From: Zootoca vivipara | Taxonomy: Eukaryota | Assembly: GCF_963506605.1 (NCBI RefSeq) | Contig: NC_083281.1 | Span: 86,986,001 to 87,050,000, forward strand | Length of the DNA: 64,000 bases | Reading direction: 5' to 3' | Shown: piece by piece, positions 1 through 21,192 of the stretch | Position numbering within the stretch: the first letter of the stretch is position 1 | Layout of the letters: each line of letters starts with the position of its first letter | Made by a program: the position numbers and the translations under genes | The notes under the pieces: generated by a model | What the model was told of the DNA's origin: nothing | Database searches by the model: none | What the model saw: only the letters and a program-made list of their open reading frames with translations

Positions 1-38
1 ACCTAATAACTCAGCTAGAATACAAATGCTTCATTTAC

Positions 39-1636
39 CTTGTCCATGGATCAGCATTGCATCTATCGCTCCTTCAGGAGTTCCTTTGTCCACATGGCGC
101 CACACTTCAAAAGAAACAGGAGTCCGATGAACAGAGGAAGCTACATTTCAATGGTTGGGCCATTTTGTCTAATAGCACCCATTCCTCCCAGAATTGCAGT
201 TTGATAGGACCCAAGAGCCATGTAGTCCAACCCTTTGCAATGCAGGAATCACAGCTCAAGAATCCCTGACAGATGGCCATCCAACCTCTGCTTAAAAACC
301 TCCAAGGAAGTAGAGCCCACAACCTCCCAAGGGAATCCGTTCCCCAGTCAAACAGCTCTTACTGTCTGAAAGTTCCTCCTGACGTTTAGTCAGAATCCCC
401 TTTCTTGTAACTTGAAGCCATTGGTTTGAGTTCTACCCTCCAGAGCAGGGGAAAACAAGCATGTTCCCTCTTCCATCTACTCTGGAGGGTAGGACTTGGA
501 GGTTTAGATATTTGAAGATGGCTATCGTATCCCCTCTCAGTCTCCTCTTTCCATAGCTGCCAAGTTTTCCCTTTTCTCGCGAGGAAGCCTATTCAGCATA
601 AGGGAAAATCCCTTAAAAAAAGGGATAACTTGGCAGCTATGTCTTTCCCAGGCTAAACATTCCCAGGTCCTTCAACCATTCCTCATAAGGCTTGGTTTCC
701 AGACCCTTGATCATCTTGGTCACTCTCCTCTGCACACGATCCAGCTTGTCAATATCCTTCCTGAATTGTGGTGCCCAGAACTGGACACTGTGTTCCAGAT
801 GTGGTCTGGCCAAGGCAGAATAGAGTGGTAAATGCGAAGTTGCCTTAGTCCGAGTTGCACATCCACTCAAGCCCCTACTCCTCATGCAGAGGTTACCAGC
901 GCGTCACCACAGCAATAGGTATAAACAGGCCCTGCAGTGCCCACTGTATAAGAGATACTCACAGATTTCTCCTGTCCTAGAGTTCAGAGCAGCCATCACA
1001 TTCTTCTCGGTGGCCACAATGAGCTTCCTGGAGCCCTGCGAAGCTTCCAAGGAGGCAAACTTAAGCTTTCCCACATATTGCTGTCTCCTATTAGAAACAC
1101 AAAGGGGTGTCACATATTATAAAATATTAACATTGTTGCTGTTGTTTAGTCGTTTAGTCGTGTCCGACTCTTTGTGACCCCATGGACCAGAGCACGCCAG
1201 GCACTCCTGTCTTCCACTGCCTCCCACAGTTTGGTCAGACTTATGTTCGTAGCTTCGAGAACACTGTCCAACCATCTCGTCCTCTGTCGTCCCCTTCTCC
1301 TTGTGCCCTCAATCTTTCCCATATTAACATTAGACAACATCAAAGAACGGAGGGTCTGCAATCAATCAATCAATCAATCAATCAGTTATGTGGGTTTGAA
1401 CTAGCAGTGACTGACCAGGGGTTCTCTTTCCCTCCATCAGCTTATATTAGAAACCTCCCTCCCTCATATCAGCATTTCCTGTGGCGGTGAGTTCCGCAGG
1501 TGAGGTCAGTTCGGCCTGCCACCCACCAGTCAAACTTGCCCACTTGGTCCTCGTAAACGGCGCCCGCTGGGTGAGGCGAGAGCAGGAGAAACAGCCGGAG
1601 TGACAGCAAAGGCCCCAGAAACCAGGACGCCGCCAT
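39..1636 (-). CDS. EMC1: ER membrane protein complex subunit 1, 5' part (exons 1-3; gene continues off the left edge)
   Basis: Exons 1527-1636, 963-1087 and 39-104 with GT/AG boundaries and consistent phases. They translate to [100 protein letters not shown], i.e. a signal peptide plus the EMC1 N-terminus. Confidence 0.96.
186..880 (-). mobile_element. CR1 LINE 3' fragment with a small TIR MITE inserted at about 552-641
   Basis: ORF 637-885 has the CR1 RT C-terminus ([43 protein letters not shown]). The insert has TIRs CATAGCTGCCAAG/CTTGGCAGCTATG. Confidence 0.85.
1135..1320 (-). mobile_element. BovB (RTE LINE) 3' end
   Basis: Encodes [20 protein letters not shown]...[17 protein letters not shown], has a (CAA)-type tail and an 11-bp TSD ATATTAACATT (1124-1134 and 1321-1331). 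Confidence 0.9.
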
Positions 1637-2717
1637 GACAGACCGGGGAGAATTGAGGGGGGGGGGGTCAAGAGAGGAAAGGAGGCCCTCGCTATCCCAT
1701 CGGGCACCGCGGGACCATAGAGCTTCCGGGACCATAGAGAGCAGCTCCTAGGCCTTCTGCCTCCATAGATATATGTAATGAGAGGAGTTAGAGTGACCCT
1801 CCAGCGATCTGGAGGCAGGAGTTTCGAAGCCCCTTGATAATTTCCCCCCATCCCTTCATACTCGGAGGGCGGAGAATGTGATAAATATATAAACATTGTA
1901 ATTCTTATTATTTTAACCACACCTGTATCTGCTACCCAGAAGCATAAGGGAACAACAAAGGATGTCGGAATAGTTTCTGCTCAATAAGACATCAAGATAA
2001 CAAAAAAAGTTTTACAAAAGAATGTAAATGGTTTATTGAATATTTACAGATAAATTATAAACAGATAAAAACATTGGCAGGATTACTGAAATAACCTGCA
2101 GTTTTGAAATGTCAAAATGATTGTAAAATTAGTTAAATGTATACAATAAGTGAAATGTATGAACTGGAAAAGTATAAATGGAGAAAAAATAGTTCCTGCT
2201 AATTTAGGTCCGATGTTGGGTAGAAATGTTTTAAAACTTTATTAATTAGCAGCAACATGGACTACAGCGCTACCCGAAGGAGCAGCTGAGGATTTAACCT
2301 GGAACTTTCTGCGTGGAAAGCAGGTGGAGATGGTGTCCAAAGTCAACCCAGAAGTTAAACCTCCAGGGCGCATCTTCATTTCAAACTCTACGTGACAGAG
2401 ACCGTCAGGCCCTGAGCGGAAACCTATTACGAGGAGCCACCCGGGACAGCGCGAGGACCCCTTTTGGGGCTGTCTAATCAAGTCGCCTGATTATAAACAA
2501 AGAACTGGTGAGCCTCGTTCAGCCCGTCTTATAGCGTAGTTTAATTAGCCGAGAAGGTCGCGGGGCGTCTCCGTTGCTTTGACGGCGATTGCGGAGAGGT
2601 GAGAGGGAAGGGTTCCTATTGGCGAGTCGGGCGTGTTTTAGGTCGCCTGCGTCCTTCCCATCAGCCCCCGCGGGCGCAGCTGCGGAAAGAAGGCGCAGAA
2701 CCCACGTGTTGGACAAG
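1637..2717. promoter_or_regulatory. Bidirectional EMC1/MRTO4 promoter region
   Basis: Divergent start codons at 1636 (-) and 2718 (+). CpG-rich segments at about 1480-1870 and 2260-2770, and a reverse CCAAT (ATTGG) at 2618. Confidence 0.75.
1935..2240 (+). mobile_element. Degenerate L1-like LINE 3' fragment
   Basis: AT-rich stretch translating to about FTKECKWFIEYLQINYKQIKTLAGLLK*, which resembles squamate L1 ORF2 C-termini. Confidence 0.55.
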
Positions 2718-5010
2718 ATGCCCAAGTCCAAGCGGGACAAGAAGGGTGAGTGATGCCGCAGGTTCTCAAGTAGCATTTTCCTACACACCTATGTATTTCC
2801 CTCCATACACACCTATGTATTTCCCTCCATACACACCTATGTATGCTTAGTGTTCAGAGCTTTATGTAGCCCAAGAGTGATAATTAAAACGTAGGAAGCT
2901 ACACCTATACTGTATCGCCGTGATATTGTCCATTATTATTGTTTTAATGAGGGGGCTGGTGTCGTGTTGCTTTTGTTGTGACTTTATGGCTTTTATAGAC
3001 TAGGATTAGACTGAGGGAATAGCACAATCGGTAGCGCGTGAGACAACATAGTCTCGAGTCCCATGTTGGGCAAAAGATTCCTGCGTTGCAAGGGGTTGGA
3101 CTAGATGACCGCCGTGGTCCCTTCCAACTCTACACTTCTATCTATAGCAGTGGTTCCAAACCTTTTTTGGCCATGCCCCACCTAAGCATCTCTAAAATCC
3201 TGGTCCCCACCCCCCACCCCGTGACATAATTCCTATTCTTCAAAAAGTGAGCTCCTATTCACGTGGAGGAAGCCTAAAAGGCCATTAACTGTTAGTAACT
3301 CATTCTTGAATTGCCCCCCTTAAAAATCAAATTGCTCCCCTGTGGGGCATGTGCCCCACATTGGGAACCACAGATCTGTAGTGTTGTTGTTTGGATCCAT
3401 CAGTCTCAGGAGACAGTGGAGGAATGTGCTTTTGGGGGTGAAGCTACTGGAGAGTTACAGCGCCTGCTGTGGCTGTAGAGATTGATATGGGGAGACGTGT
3501 TTTGTTTCAGGTGGGGCAGATGAAGGCGTCTGCTTGTGCTGCTGCAGATGCACCAGGCATCTCTTCTCTCTGCGCTCTTCCGAGCAGTCATTCCTCCCGT
3601 GGTCACTGCTATGGATGCAAGGCCTGCCTGCCTGTCTTCAGGCACTGCGGGTCCTTTGCAAAGGATTCCCACACGACTTGATGTTGCCAGCCTTGTGTCA
3701 TGTTTGCAGACATCTTTGTAATGCAGAGTTGGTCTGCCAGTGGGTCGGGTGCCTAAAGCTGTCTCCACATAGAGCACTTCTTTGGGTGCCATCTTCCATC
3801 TGGACATGACCAAGCAAGCATGGATGTTGCTGAGACAGGAATGCGAACATGCTTGGGGTGGGGGTTTGGGAGAGCACATCTTTGTTTGAAATTCTGTCCT
3901 ATTTGATACCCCAAATGTGTGTGTTTCGTATTATATATAGTTTTAATTCTATTTATGCTTAATTGTTCTTTAGTTATTGTTTCCCACCCCCTATGTTTGT
4001 AGCTGTTCTTATTTCTATCTGCAATCCGCCTTAAGTCCCTGTCAGGGAAGAACGCAGTGTAAAAATAAATATATAATAATAATAGCCTGACTTATCATAA
4101 CTATTGCTGCAGGATAAAGCAGTAAGCCAAATATAACACTGAGCAAAACATCAGGTTTGCAAAACTCTTATGACTTTGCCCCGGAAACTGCCTTAACTAG
4201 GCTCTCCCTGTGGCTGCCCAGCTGGAGTGTCCCATGTGAAACTGAATCTCTTTCTTCTTCCTTCCAGTCTCCTTGACAAAAACTGCCAAAAAAGGATTAG
4301 AAGTTAAACAGAGCTTAATAGAAGAGGTAAGCAACATTGCAAACTATGACTCTGATCCTGTGTGAAAAATTGCTTTGGAGGAAGGGCTTGGGATTATGTT
4401 TAGAGTCACATAAATGCATAGTCTTGAAGGAATTTTTTATTTTTCTCCCTGTCGTAGAACAGAAACCACAGAAAGTAAAATGAGACCATAATATAAAATG
4501 GCAGAAGCAATATAACGATAACATAACCACCTTAACCCAAAAACAGAAACGTTAAAGGTCACTTCCTTCATTCTGAATCCTGAAGGCTGTTTCTATTTGG
4601 AGAATATATTCTTCTTACATTCTGACTTCTAAACTTCTTCACCTCCAGCTGCGGAAATGTGTGGATACCTACAAGTATCTCTTTATTTTTTCCATCGCCA
4701 ACATGAGAAACAACAAACTGAAGGATATTCGGAATGCCTGGAAACACAGCAGGTAAAAAGAAGAAGTTGGGTCACCTGTGACTCTTTCTCTGACCTGCTT
4801 GCAAAACTGTTTGGATTGACTTAGAAAGAAAGAAAAAACACCTTTCAGGGAGAACCTCCCCCTGAACAATGGAGGGATGTGCATGCTCAGCAGCCATAAA
4901 ATAATTGTTGAAAAGAGTGGAGGAACTGTCGTACTGGAGGAATGGAGTTTCCTGGAAAGGACATTACTCTGAAGTGGCGGGGATTGTTGTTGTTGTTGTT
5001 GCTGTTGTTG

Positions 5011-5051
<41 letters not shown>

Positions 5052-8000
5052 ATCCATTTCTTAGTCACTTTCTACACAACTGTCAACAATGTAGAGTAAA
5101 AGCAGCTTAACCACAACACTGATGAGACATTTAAAGCAAAAGTAATACAATACAGAATAGTCACCCATGGTAGAGAGATACTGTCATCCAGCTTGGAAAG
5201 CTTGTCAGAACAAATATGCATTCAATCATTTCTGGAAATTCCTGCTAGAGCAGGCATGTCAAACCTGCGGCCCTCCAGATGTTTTGGACTACAATTCCCA
5301 TCTTCCCCAACCACTGGTCCTGCTAGCTAGGGATCATGGGAGTTGTAGGCCAAAACATCTGGAGGGCCGCAGGTTTGACATGCCTGTGCTAGAGGGTGCC
5401 AACCATATCTTGACCAGGATGCTGTTTTGCAGAGCAAGGGCAGCCACAGTAAAGGCCCTGAGTTACTCAGAGCAGGCTTTTGAGATCATTGGCACTTGCA
5501 AGAGAGACTCCCACATCCCACAGTGATCTGCTCCTTAAATCTGCTTAATCCGTGGATTATTGTCTGCATTACCGACTTAAATATACTCCCAAAATGAGTT
5601 GGCTAGGTGTCTGTTGAGTAAGAGCATGTTGGTTTGAAATGCTTGATATTGGGGTCTCCTCCTACAGTGGATTTGATCGATTGATTTCCTGTTTGCAGGA
5701 TATTCTTTGGGAAAAACAAAGTGATGATGGTGGCCTTAGGACGGAGCCCAGCTGACGAATACAAAGATAATTTACACCAGGTGGGGTGTCTGGCGTGTAA
5801 ACAGTTTCACCATTGACTCCTGCAACTTAGATTCTGCATGTGACGAATTAGGGACACGCAGTGAATATTTCCCTATGATCTCCATTCTCCTTTTGTTTTT
5901 TCAGGTCAGTAAGCATCTGCGGGGAGAGGTTGGACTTCTCTTCACCAATCGCACCAAAGAGGAAGTTGCAGAGTAAGCCTTTCCGAGTCATCTCTTGTCG
6001 CTGTAACGTTAAGGGGTAACCCATTTTGCTTGTGAACATTGGAAGACTCAGGACAGATAAAAAGAAAATAGTTCACACAGCATTACTGTGGCGCTCGCTC
6101 GCTCCCACAGTGGGCAGTGTTGCCCACCAACTTTAATATGGTTTTAAGAGAGGATTGGACACTAATTCATGGAGGAGAAGGAGATGGCTATCAATGGCTA
6201 CTAGCCATGATGGCTTGGCTCTGCCTCCACAAGTCGGACGCAGCAATGCTTCTGAATACCAGTTGCTGGAAACCGCAGGAGGGGAGAGGGCTCTGGTGCT
6301 CAGGTCTTGCTTGCTGGCTTCCCACAGGCAACTGTTCAGCCACCGTGAGAACAGAATGCTGGACTAGATGTCTGTTGGCCTGATCCAGCAACAAGGTCCT
6401 TCTTATGTTCTATAAACAGCTAGGAACAGGAAGCTGAAATATGTCATAATTCTTGATGCTGTAATGTGGAATATGCAATTCTTATGTTTTCCGTTTTGTT
6501 TGCCTGTTGTTCTTTTTTGTATTGTAAGCCACTTTGAGTGTTAATTTCCTTAGAAAAGCGGGATATAACTATTAAATCCAGATTCCAAGGTTTTGCAAAC
6601 AGCTAAGTTTAATAGATTTGTCGCTTCCTTCCCTCCCCCAGGTGGTTCTCTCAATTTAAAGAGAACGACTTTGCCCGAGCTGGGAACAAAGCAACCTTCA
6701 CCGTCAACCTGGATATGGGGCCCTTAGAACAGTTTCCCCACTCCATGGAGCCGCAGCTGCGGCAGCTGGGGCTCCCGACGGCACTGAAAAAAGGTGGGCA
6801 ATGTGTTAACCTGTGGAACTCCTTTCCACAGGAGGCAGTGATGGCCACCAAGTTGGATGGCTTTAAAAGAGGATTAGACGTATTCGTGGAGGAACAGAGG
6901 GTGCACTTGTGTTCGAATCCTGCTTGCTGGTTTCCCCTAATGGGCATCTGGTTGGCCACTGTGAGAATCAGATGCTAGACTGGATGGGGCGCTACTCTGA
7001 TCCAGCAGGCTCTTTTTTACATTCTTATGTGCATGTTATTGGAAATAGCTTAGCCGTGCTTTAACATGGACCCAACTCTCAAGAGAAAAAACTGTGTGTG
7101 TGTCTCCTTTCATGTTAGCATGATTTATTTGGTTGCCTGCACTTCCCTGCATCATGTGACAGAGTGAAAAATTCCCACTTTCGTTTTTCATCAACTCAGC
7201 ACGGAAACGTAAGAAAGTAAAAACGTAAAAGTAAATTATAAGCAATTCCGAGCTCCACTCTGTTTATTTTTTTATTTTTAATCTCATCCCCAAACTTCGG
7301 CCCTCCAGATGTTTTGGACTACAATTCCCATCACCCCTGACCACTGGTCCTGTAGCTAGGGATCATGGGAGTTGTAGGCCGAAACATCTGGGTATGCCTG
7401 TTCTAGGCAATAAATTGAAGCTTCTTTAAAAAGGCTTTGGCCTGTTACCTGTTACTGCTTTTAACTGTCCACAGCCTTTTCCTTCTGTGTTGTTTCATTA
7501 ACAAATAGAGAATCCAATTTATTTCTTCCTTTCCAGTCCTAATAATAATTAAGAGAAGAAAGGTGCAAACTTTAAAATCTATTTTAAGAGCAGTTATTCA
7601 GTGCTCGACCTGATAATATTCCCTTGCTCTAGACCAGGCATGTCAAACCTGCGGCCCTCCAGATGTTTTGGACTACAATTCCCATCTTCCCCAACCACTG
7701 GTCCTGCTAGCTAGGGATCATGGGAGTTGTACGCCAAAACATCTGGAGGGCCGCATGTTTGACATGCCTGCTCTAGACCAAGGTTTTTGAAACTTGGGTC
7801 TCCAGCTGTTTTGGGGCTACAATTCCCATCATCCCTGACCACTGGTCCTGAATTAGGTAGGGATGGTGGGAATTGTAGTCCAATAACAGTTGGAGACCCA
7901 AGTTTGGGAAACCCTGCTCTAGAAGCTTATCACCTCCCCAAAGATATGTCTTTCCCCAGGTACAGTGATGAATGTCTTCAGGACATCTGAGGCTGTGCCC

Positions 8001-9724
8001 TTCGACACACACCCCCTTTAGCCCACAAGGCATAGGTGCCAACTCCCAGATTGAAAAATCTGGGGTTGGCACTGGAAGTCGCACTGCGGCCATTTTGGAA
8101 CTGGGCAGAGCAGCACCGGAAGTCGCTTCTACGCATGCTCTGCCCATTTCCAAAATGGCCGCAGCGCCAGAAATCGCTTCTGCGCATATCCAGAGACTCC
8201 AGACATGCGCAGAAGGAGCCTCCCCGGGCCAGTAAGAATCCGGGTTTTTTTTTTAAATCCGGGCTGCCAGCAGGAAACGGCTGGAAAAACGGGGGTTTCC
8301 CGGGGAATACGGGAGACTTGGCAGCTATTCCACAAGGGAGTTAGGTAATCAGATTTATCTTCTAACTTCCTCTCTTCACCACATAGTTATCCCTGCTAGC
8401 AGACGATATATTGGTTCACCATAGATCCAACCGAAAGTCCTGGGGTGTGTGTGGGGGGGTCTCCAGCTCTGAACCCCTTCTCTGTAAGGAAGCAAAACAC
8501 ATCCTTTCCCCCACATCCTCTGCCAGCCTTCCACCCATTTCTGGAACCCTGATTGGGTACCAGCAGTGCTTCCTGAGCTCCAGCCAGCATGACTTCTATA
8601 AGCCAATTCACTCTGGCCACTTCCCTCCTAATCTTCCTCTCTGTTTGCAGGAGTGGTGACCTTAATCTCGGATTACGAGGTCTGCAAAGAGGGGAGCATC
8701 CTGACCCCTGAACAAGCACGTATCCTGGTGAGCAACTGGTAAAGTGGGTCCCTCAACCGAGGGATCTCTGAGGCCTGGGGGGGTGGGGTGGAGTCTTTGA
8801 TTGCTGCTGTGCAAGGCGTCTTCCTTACAGGTCGACGTGTCGAAGCTTGGAGTCATGAATCTCATCCCTGTGGACTTTGTGCTTTACTGCGAGAGACAGC
8901 GCGGTGTAGTGGTTTGAGCAGTGTTTCCTCAAACGTCTGCAGTTGGGCTACAATTCCCCATCATCCCTGACCACTGGTCTTGCTAGTTGGGGATGATGGG
9001 AGTTGTAGTCTAACAACAGCCGGGGACCCAGGTTTAAGAAACACTGGGTTAGAGCGTTGGACTAGGAACTGGGAGACCAGGGTTCGAATCCCCACTTGGC
9101 CATGAAGCATAAGAGGTGACCTTGGGCCAATCACCGTCTTCCCTCAGCCCTAACCCTACCTCACAGGGTTGTTGTGGAGATTACATGAGGGCAGAGGGAG
9201 AACATGTATGCCCCTTGGAGAAAAGTTGGGCTGTAAATATAATAAATACTGCTACCTCTTCTGCTGTCTAGTCTCCCCCCACTTCCTCCTCCCCTTTATG
9301 GAAAGGAAGACTGGCTCACTTCAGAACCACATCATACTTGTTTCAAGTTGCTAGACCTCATTGTTTGGGTAGATTCCAGAGGCGGACACCTGGGAAACTG
9401 CCCAGAGAAGAGGCCCACTCCACCCCTCAGCTACAGAAATGTAGCTCTTGTGCTAGGCGAATAAGATACAGATTTAGGTACAAAGAGCTTGTGTGTTTGT
9501 TTCTTGACATAAGCAGCTGTGGCCGAGGACATTGGGCATGGCGATCATTTTTCTCTTTTGTTTCAGAATACTCTTTGGGTACCACAATGGCAGAGTTCAA
9601 GGTGATGATCAGGAGCGTGTGGCACGCCGAGAGCGGAGACTTTGAGCAGCTGCCGAAGAGGCAGAGACGGCACGGAAGGGATGGAGGAGGATGAGAAAAG
9701 GATAACTGTGATGAGGACAACTAG
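2718..9724 (+). CDS. MRTO4: mRNA turnover protein 4 homolog (60S ribosome maturation factor)
   Basis: Exons 2718-2745, 4268-4326, 4649-4752, 5699-5780, 5905-5972, 6642-6793, 8651-8727 and 9567-9724, all GT/AG. Translation [78 protein letters not shown]...[35 protein letters not shown]. The last exon is frameshifted as written (see findings). Confidence 0.95.
2782..2844 (+). repeat. 24-bp minisatellite (about 2.6 copies)
   Basis: Unit TACACACCTATGTATTTCCCTCCA repeated just downstream of the MRTO4 exon 1 donor. Confidence 0.9.
3395..3830 (-). mobile_element. Degenerate RTE-clade LINE 3' fragment
   Basis: ORF 3406-3879 contains [28 protein letters not shown], a decayed RTE C-terminal motif. 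Confidence 0.7.
4984..5046 (+). repeat. Compound (GTT)n(ATT)n microsatellite
   Basis: Read directly from the sequence. Confidence 0.95.
5251..5386. mobile_element. Palindromic hAT MITE
   Basis: TIRs CAGGCATGTCAAAC/GTTTGACATGCCTG and an 8-bp TSD TGCTAGAG. Confidence 0.9.
7635..7916. mobile_element. Two tandem hAT MITEs (7635-7770 and 7779-7916)
   Basis: Both are palindromic with TIRs. The target 8-mer CTCTAGAC/CTCTAGAA occurs three times (7627, 7771, 7917). Confidence 0.85.
8031..8329. mobile_element. hAT (Tip100-like) non-autonomous element with internal repeats
   Basis: Termini CATAGGTGCCAAC...CTTGGCAGCTAT and internal repeated GGAAGTCGCTTCTGCGCATG-like units. Confidence 0.65.
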
Positions 9725-10276
9725 GCAGGAGCAGGACTGTTCCTATAGGACTAAACTGCTCATCTAAGGACTTTATTTATCGTATTTTTATATGTAGATA
9801 TAAACCTGTATGAAGAGCTTTTAAAGTTTGGGTCTGTTTCCTTTACACACCATTTAAAAAAACCCAATTTGGATAAATCCAAGCTGTTCCCCCATAGCTT
9901 AGTAGCAGAGCAGCTGCTTGGCATGCAGAAGGCCCAGGTGTTCAGTCCCTGAAGGCATCGCCAGGTAGGGCTGGGAAAAGACTCCCTGCCAGAAATCTTT
10001 GAGAGCTGCTGCTGTTGCTGCTACTCAGTGCCAACCGTACTGAGCTAGATGGACTCAATGGTCTTGAGTTGATACATGGCAGCTTTTTACATAACACGCA
10101 GAAGCTTATTCACATCCATGAGGACTAGACTCATGCTTTTACTTGGGAGGGGAAGGACTGCAGCTTCATGGTAGAATACCTGCTTTTACACGCTGAAGAT
10201 TCTGGGGCTTAATCTCTGCTGATTCCAGGGTTAGAAATGTCTCCTGCCTAAAACTCTGGAGACCCACTGCAAAGGG

Positions 10277-10625
10277 AACAGTAAAGGACCCCTAGACAGT
10301 TAAGTCCAGTCAAAGGCAACTATGGCGTTGCAGCGCTCATTCGCTTCAGACCAAGGGAGCTGGTGTTTCCAGGTCATGTGGCCAGCAAGACTAAACTGCT
10401 TCTGGCGCAACAGAACACCGTGATGGAAGCCAGAGCGCACGGAAACGCCTTTTACCTTCCCGCCGCAGCTGTACCTGTTTATCTACTTGCACTGGTGTGC
10501 TTTCGAACTGCTAGGTTGGCAGGAGCTGGGACAGAGCAACGGGAGTTCACACTGTCACAGGGATTTGAACCACCGACCTGATCAGCAAGCCCAAGAAGCC
10601 CAGTGGTTTAGACCACAGCATCACC
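10277..10625 (-). mobile_element. Sauria SINE, older diverged copy
   Basis: Shares the diagnostic core TTTCGAACTGCTAGGTTGGCAGGAGCTGGG with the other copies in the window. Confidence 0.8.
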
Positions 10626-11551
10626 CTCTCCTAGACCCGCTGCAAGGGAGTGCAGGCAATCCTAAAATGAGATCGGAAGCTTTGCCAGGATGAGTCGCAC
10701 TTAAAAAACCCTACATCTTTCTCCAACCTCCACTGCTCTCCCCCTTCCCCACGTACAGTAGTTCCATGTGTTCCAAGATAACTGTCTCTGCTCAGGCTCA
10801 GAACTTCAAATGGTAGAGAGAGCAGCTACTACCTCACCTTGGCATTGTTATATAGATTTGGCTGAAGGATCAGGTAAAGCACTGGTGGGAGGAGCTTGGC
10901 CTACTGTAGGGAATGCTATGCAGCCCACCAAATCAAACATACGGTAATCATTCTGACAGAATGATTATGGACGAAAGCAACCAGGGTCTCAGCTCAGGGG
11001 TAGAGCATTTATTTTATTGATTTCATAAAATTTATATATATTACCGGATTGTTAAAACAAAACCCAAAGAAAATCTAATAAAGACTTCCAAAAAGTTAAA
11101 ATAATAGACCAAACACAGACTAAGGCTCAGAGCATCTGGGTAGCCTTGTCTAAGCAAAAATGGTTTTAGCAGGCACCAAAAGTTATAGAGAAGATGCCTG
11201 CCTGATATCAACAGGCAGGGAGTTCCAAAGTATTAGAAGCATCTACTTGACATGCATAACTTCTGGGGGTTTTTTTGGGGGGGGGGAGCAGAGAAGAGAG
11301 TTAAAAGGTGCAACCAAGATTTTTATTTTGAAGGATGAAAGCCACTTTCAGGGACCCAGAAAACGTTGCAGAAATCTTGCCAGGGAAAAGTGCTCTCTTG
11401 ATCTAAGGCCACGGAGGTGTCGGATTTATTCCGCTCGTGAGAAAGGGAGGAACTTCTGAAGCAAAAGAGGGTGTCTGTGGCAAAACGAGAGTCCAGAGGG
11501 TTGGGGGTCTCCGACGGGTGCTCTCATTTCTCCTCGAGGCTGCAAAAGCCT

Positions 11552-20005
<8,454 letters not shown>

Positions 20006-20146
20006 TCATTTTAACCTTCCTTTGTTTGTTTTATTTATTGCATTTCCATCCCTTCTTTTCCTCCAAGGAGCTCAATGTTTTCCCCTGCCGTTCCTCATTT
20101 AATCCTAGCAACAGCCCTGCCAGGTAGGCTTAGCTTGGCCGAGACT

Positions 20147-20415
20147 CATAGAATCATAGAGTTGGAAGAGACCACAAGGGCCATCCAGTCCAACCCCCTG
20201 CCAAGCAGGAAACCCCATCAAAGCATTATTGACATATGCCTGTCAAGCCTCTGCTTAAAGACCTCCAAAGAAGGAGACTCCACCACACTCCTTGGCAGCA
20301 AATTCCACTGCCGAACAGCTCTTACTGTCAGGAAGTTCTTCCTAATGTTTAGGTGGAATCTTCTTTCTTGAAGTTTGAATCCATTGCTCCGTGTCCGCTT
20401 CTCTGGAGCAGCAGA
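20147..20415 (-). mobile_element. Young CR1 LINE 3' end
   Basis: Near-identical reverse complement of 12077-12343, with an (ATTCTATG) tail. Confidence 0.92.
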
Positions 20416-21163
20416 CTCAATTTGGATCATTTGCTTAATATGTCATTTCTTGTCCCTGTTTTAAAACTGCTGGCTGATAAATTTATCCGTAGGCTGATAG
20501 GCTCTTCTTGAGGTTTTTTATTTTATTGGTGCTTTTTAGTAAATGTTTTACATAGTTTGGATATGAACCATTTAGAGAGTTTTTTTGTCAGTCAAGTGGT
20601 ATTTTAGAACTGGCAAATAGAAAGATAACAACCACAAAGATCACTGGCGAACAAGGGGCATCCAGGAAGTCCAGAAGCAGAAAAAAAGCAACAGCCTGCT
20701 GGATCAAGCCAATGGCCTGTCTAGGGCAGCATCCTGTTCTCACATAGTGGATATTATGGGATGCTCAAAAGCTTGATGCAAAAACACTGTCCCTTCCTGT
20801 GGTTTCCAGCAACTGGTATTCAGGAACATTACTGCTTCCAACTGAATGGACCTAAGTTATCCGTGTCTAGTAACTTTGGTCAGTCTACTCTGAGTAGGAC
20901 TAGCATTGGGTACAAGCCCCCACCTTGAACTCTTCTGGAGGAAAATTGGACTAGGAATGATTTTTTTTTTAAAGGCCTAATGATGAGAAGGAGGAGTGAA
21001 GCCTTCGGAGAGGGGAAATGCTCTGTGCACGCTCAGAGGCACTGTTTTTACCATTGCCCTCAACTGTCATCACTGTTCAGCGTAATAACAGCATGGTAGG
21101 TCTGTGCCCCAAAGAGCTTACTAAAAGCTGGCAGTGGGTTCTATGTGGTGTTAGCAAGGTGAC

Positions 21164-21192
21164 TCAGGAAGGTGACTTGGAGGCCACCTTGA
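21164..21192 (-). pseudogene. Stub of a duplicated AKR7A exon 2
   Basis: Acceptor ...TCTCCTCCTCTTCTCCACCAG|TCAAGGTGGCCTCCAAG matches the real exon-2 acceptor (...TCTTCCTCACCAG|TCAAGGTAGCCACCAAG). Homology stops after 17 nt, and the frame reads (V)KVASKSPS*. Confidence 0.8.

Noticed and set aside
2782-2844. Short direct repeats as a CRISPR-like array
   Set aside because: Head-to-tail minisatellite without spacers, in vertebrate DNA.
9890-10270. tRNA-like sequences (also about 35000, 45920, 51000 and 58140)
   Set aside because: These are degenerate A/B-box heads of tRNA-derived SINEs with SINE bodies attached; no complete cloverleaf.
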